The translations under genes were made by a program, and so were the position numbers. Shown here in pieces: positions 62,154-64,000 of a stretch of 64,000 bases of DNA; the stretch's first letter is position 1, and every line of letters begins with the position of its first letter. The stretch is from Methylophilaceae bacterium. Its GTDB lineage: Bacteria; Pseudomonadota; Gammaproteobacteria; Burkholderiales; Methylophilaceae. Below the pieces are notes generated by a model that did no database searches, was not told where the DNA came from, and saw nothing but the letters and a program-made list of their open reading frames with translations. Where the stretch lies: NCBI GenBank assembly GCA_050301935.1, contig JBNLAC010000002.1, forward strand, positions 1,919-65,918, given 5' to 3'.

Positions 62154-63110
62154 ATGAGCGAACAACAACTATCGGAAGACCAAGTCACCAGCCTGCCAAA
62201 GAGCCTGATTCAGGTTGGTATTCCAATTGAATTTCCAATTTATGATATTCACGGCAGGCTTTTGATGGCTGCTGGAACGATTGTTGCAACAGAAGAGCAA
62301 TTAGAAAGACTTCTGGAACGCGGCTTATATTTAAACAAAAAAAGCATTGAGCAATTGCGCGCTGGAAGAACTAAAGCTAAGGGTGATGGCAAAAAAGATG
62401 ATGAAAAAGAAGCCGAACCACCACAAAAATTGGTTGATTTGAGTTTAGACTCAATACGACTAGGTGAAACAATCCAAATATCACCTACAGCAGATGAAAC
62501 GGACAGCACCAAATATTTTGTGAAATTTTTGGGCGGTCTGGAAAAGACCAGCATGATTTGCACTGCACCAACTCAGGATGAAAAGCTCGTGTTTGTGAAA
62601 GAACATGCTGGTTTTAAAGTGCAACTTTTTAGCGGGCGGGAGATATATAATTTCAATACAACAGTATCTGCGGTGCTTAGCAAGCCTTTTCATCATATTC
62701 ACCTCCATTACCCACGCGGTGTATATGCAAAAAAATTAAGAAACAATCAGCGATTTACAACCAGTATTATCTGCTCGATTGACAATAATAGTGATGGTGA
62801 ATTTAAAGATCTTAAAACTTCAGGCCGCATTGTAGACATCAGCCTTGGTGGTGCGATGATAGAGTCATCTAAACGAATAGGCGCAATCAATGATGACTTA
62901 GAATGTACATTTAAGTTATCTATTAACGGAACGGAAATGCTCTTTTCAATACCAAGCACTCTTCGCAACATTATTGAACCTTCTGAGAAAAAGAACACCC
63001 AAAAATACAACAATGGTATCCAGTTTAAGGAAATACCATTCCAAGAAAAAACAATGTTACAAAACTACATACTACAACTATTTACTGGCAAGGATTTAAG
63101 CAAGTTATAA
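62154..63110 (+). CDS. PilZ domain protein (YcgR-like PilZN+PilZ core with an extra N-terminal domain)
   Basis: The c-di-GMP-binding motifs are RNNQR (RxxxR) and DISLGG (D/NxSxxG), about 30 residues apart. Confidence 0.75.
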   Translation: MSEQQLSEDQVTSLPKSLIQVGIPIEFPIYDIHGRLLMAAGTIVATEEQLERLLERGLYLNKKSIEQLRAGRTKAKGDGKKDDEKEAEPPQKLVDLSLDSIRLGETIQISPTADETDSTKYFVKFLGGLEKTSMICTAPTQDEKLVFVKEHAGFKVQLFSGREIYNFNTTVSAVLSKPFHHIHLHYPRGVYAKKLRNNQRFTTSIICSIDNNSDGEFKDLKTSGRIVDISLGGAMIESSKRIGAINDDLECTFKLSINGTEMLFSIPSTLRNIIEPSEKKNTQKYNNGIQFKEIPFQEKTMLQNYILQLFTGKDLSKL

Positions 63111-63129
63111 AACGACTTAAATAAACAAT

Positions 63130-64000
63130 ATGACCTATTACGACAATGAACCAGATTACCAGCATGGCGACCAATTAAAAGTTGGCATTTTGTTAGCCAA
63201 TCTTGGGACGCCTGATGCACCAACTGCAAAAGCACTCCGTCCTTACCTAAAACAATTTCTAATGGATAGACGTGTAGTTGAGATACCTCGCTTCATTTGG
63301 TGGTGGATTTTGAACGGCATAATCTTGTTGATTCGTCCCAAAAAATCAGCTGAAAAATATGCGCAAGTTTGGTCTCAAGAAGGCTCTCCTCTACTAGTGC
63401 ATGCAAAAAAGCAAGCGACACTGTTGCGTGGCTATCTCGGGCAGAAAGTAAAGTCTCCTTTTGTTATCGAAGTTGGAATGAGTTACGGCAACCCAAGCAT
63501 GAAAAGCGCTATAGAGAAACTGAAAGCACAACACTGCGACAAAATACTTGTATTTCCACTGTATCCTCAATATGCGGCCAGTAGCACGGCGGCCAGTCTT
63601 GATGCAGTCTGGAGAACCTTACTGAGAGTGCGCAATGTACCTGCAATTAGATCTATCAAACATTACCATGATCATCCTGCTTACATAGCTGCTTTGGCAA
63701 AAAACATTAATGAGTACTGGATGATCAATGGTAAACCTGAAAAACTAATTATGAGCTTTCATGGCGTGCCTAAATTTCACCTCATGAAAGGCGACCCTTA
63801 TCATTGTGAATGCCATAAAACAGCAAGATTACTAGCTGAAGCATTAGGTCTTGGCAAAGAGAAATATGAAATTGCATTCCAATCTCGTTTTGGTAAGCAA
63901 GAGTGGTTGAAACCTTATCTAGCGAATTCCCTTGAAAAGTTAGGAAAAGCAAAACTAAAACGCCTAGATGTTGTTTGCCCAGGATTTAGTAGTGACTGTC
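63130..64000 (+). CDS. hemH: ferrochelatase (5' partial, runs off the window end)
   Basis: My own translation from ATG 63130 has no stop before the window end. It reads [32 protein letters not shown] and LYPQY.....A. It is absent from the ORF track because it has no stop. Confidence 0.93.
   Translation, partial: MTYYDNEPDYQHGDQLKVGILLANLGTPDAPTAKALRPYLKQFLMDRRVVEIPRFIWWWILNGIILLIRPKKSAEKYAQVWSQEGSPLLVHAKKQATLLRGYLGQKVKSPFVIEVGMSYGNPSMKSAIEKLKAQHCDKILVFPLYPQYAASSTAASLDAVWRTLLRVRNVPAIRSIKHYHDHPAYIAALAKNINEYWMINGKPEKLIMSFHGVPKFHLMKGDPYHCECHKTARLLAEALGLGKEKYEIAFQSRFGKQEWLKPYLANSLEKLGKAKLKRLDVVCPGFSSDC

Noticed and set aside
1-64000. Search for tRNA/rRNA genes, CRISPR repeats, IS elements, and toxin-antitoxin or defence cassettes
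   Set aside because: All intergenic gaps are under about 275 nt and AT-rich. I saw no repeated spacer-repeat pattern, no T-loop-like GGTTCGAATCC-type sequence in the gaps, and no ORF with transposase, integrase, nuclease or ATPase defence hallmarks.

Overview
This is a chromosomal, mostly housekeeping window, AT-rich by eye. Gene order is typical of Betaproteobacteria: carAB-greA next to rlmE-ftsH-folP-glmM, dapB-bamE divergent from fur, and recN-nadK divergent from hrcA-hemH. I can support about 58 protein-coding genes. I saw no rRNA, tRNA, CRISPR array, transposase, integrase or other mobile element, and no non-coding gap is larger than about 275 nt. The main blocks, in order, are as follows. 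(1) A DUF748/AsmA-like giant, then cysE and a complete ISC Fe-S operon (iscR, an extra NifS-like desulfurase, iscS-iscU-iscA-hscB-hscA-fdx) with a recognisable IscR type-1 operator. (2) A SulP transporter and beta-carbonic anhydrase pair. (3) A GAF-LuxR / CHASE3 hybrid kinase / receiver-only signalling trio. (4) A phosphate-themed stretch of about 25 kb. It holds an OprO/P-type porin with a Pho box, lysS, ppc, clc, an HDOD gene, prfB with its programmed +1 frameshift, and arsR-arsI-acr3-arsC. It continues with pstSCAB-phoU behind a canonical Pho box, ppk1 coupled to a SixA-like phosphatase, and a GT4-ppx-basic protein operon divergent from an exported Zn-phospholipase-C-like gene, plus a PAP2 phosphatase. 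(5) Core genes follow: glmM, folP, ftsH, rlmE, yhbY, greA, carAB, dapB, bamE, fur, an M48 protease, recN, nadK, hrcA, a YcgR-like PilZ protein and partial hemH. I found no defence island or obviously foreign cassette. The best candidates for undescribed biology are two. One is the GT4 / Zn-PLC-like / PAP2 trio wired into the polyphosphate genes, which may remodel or scavenge lipids under phosphate starvation. The other is the uncharacterised, highly basic protein co-transcribed with ppx. All functional calls come from reading motifs and recalling families by eye; no database search was run.
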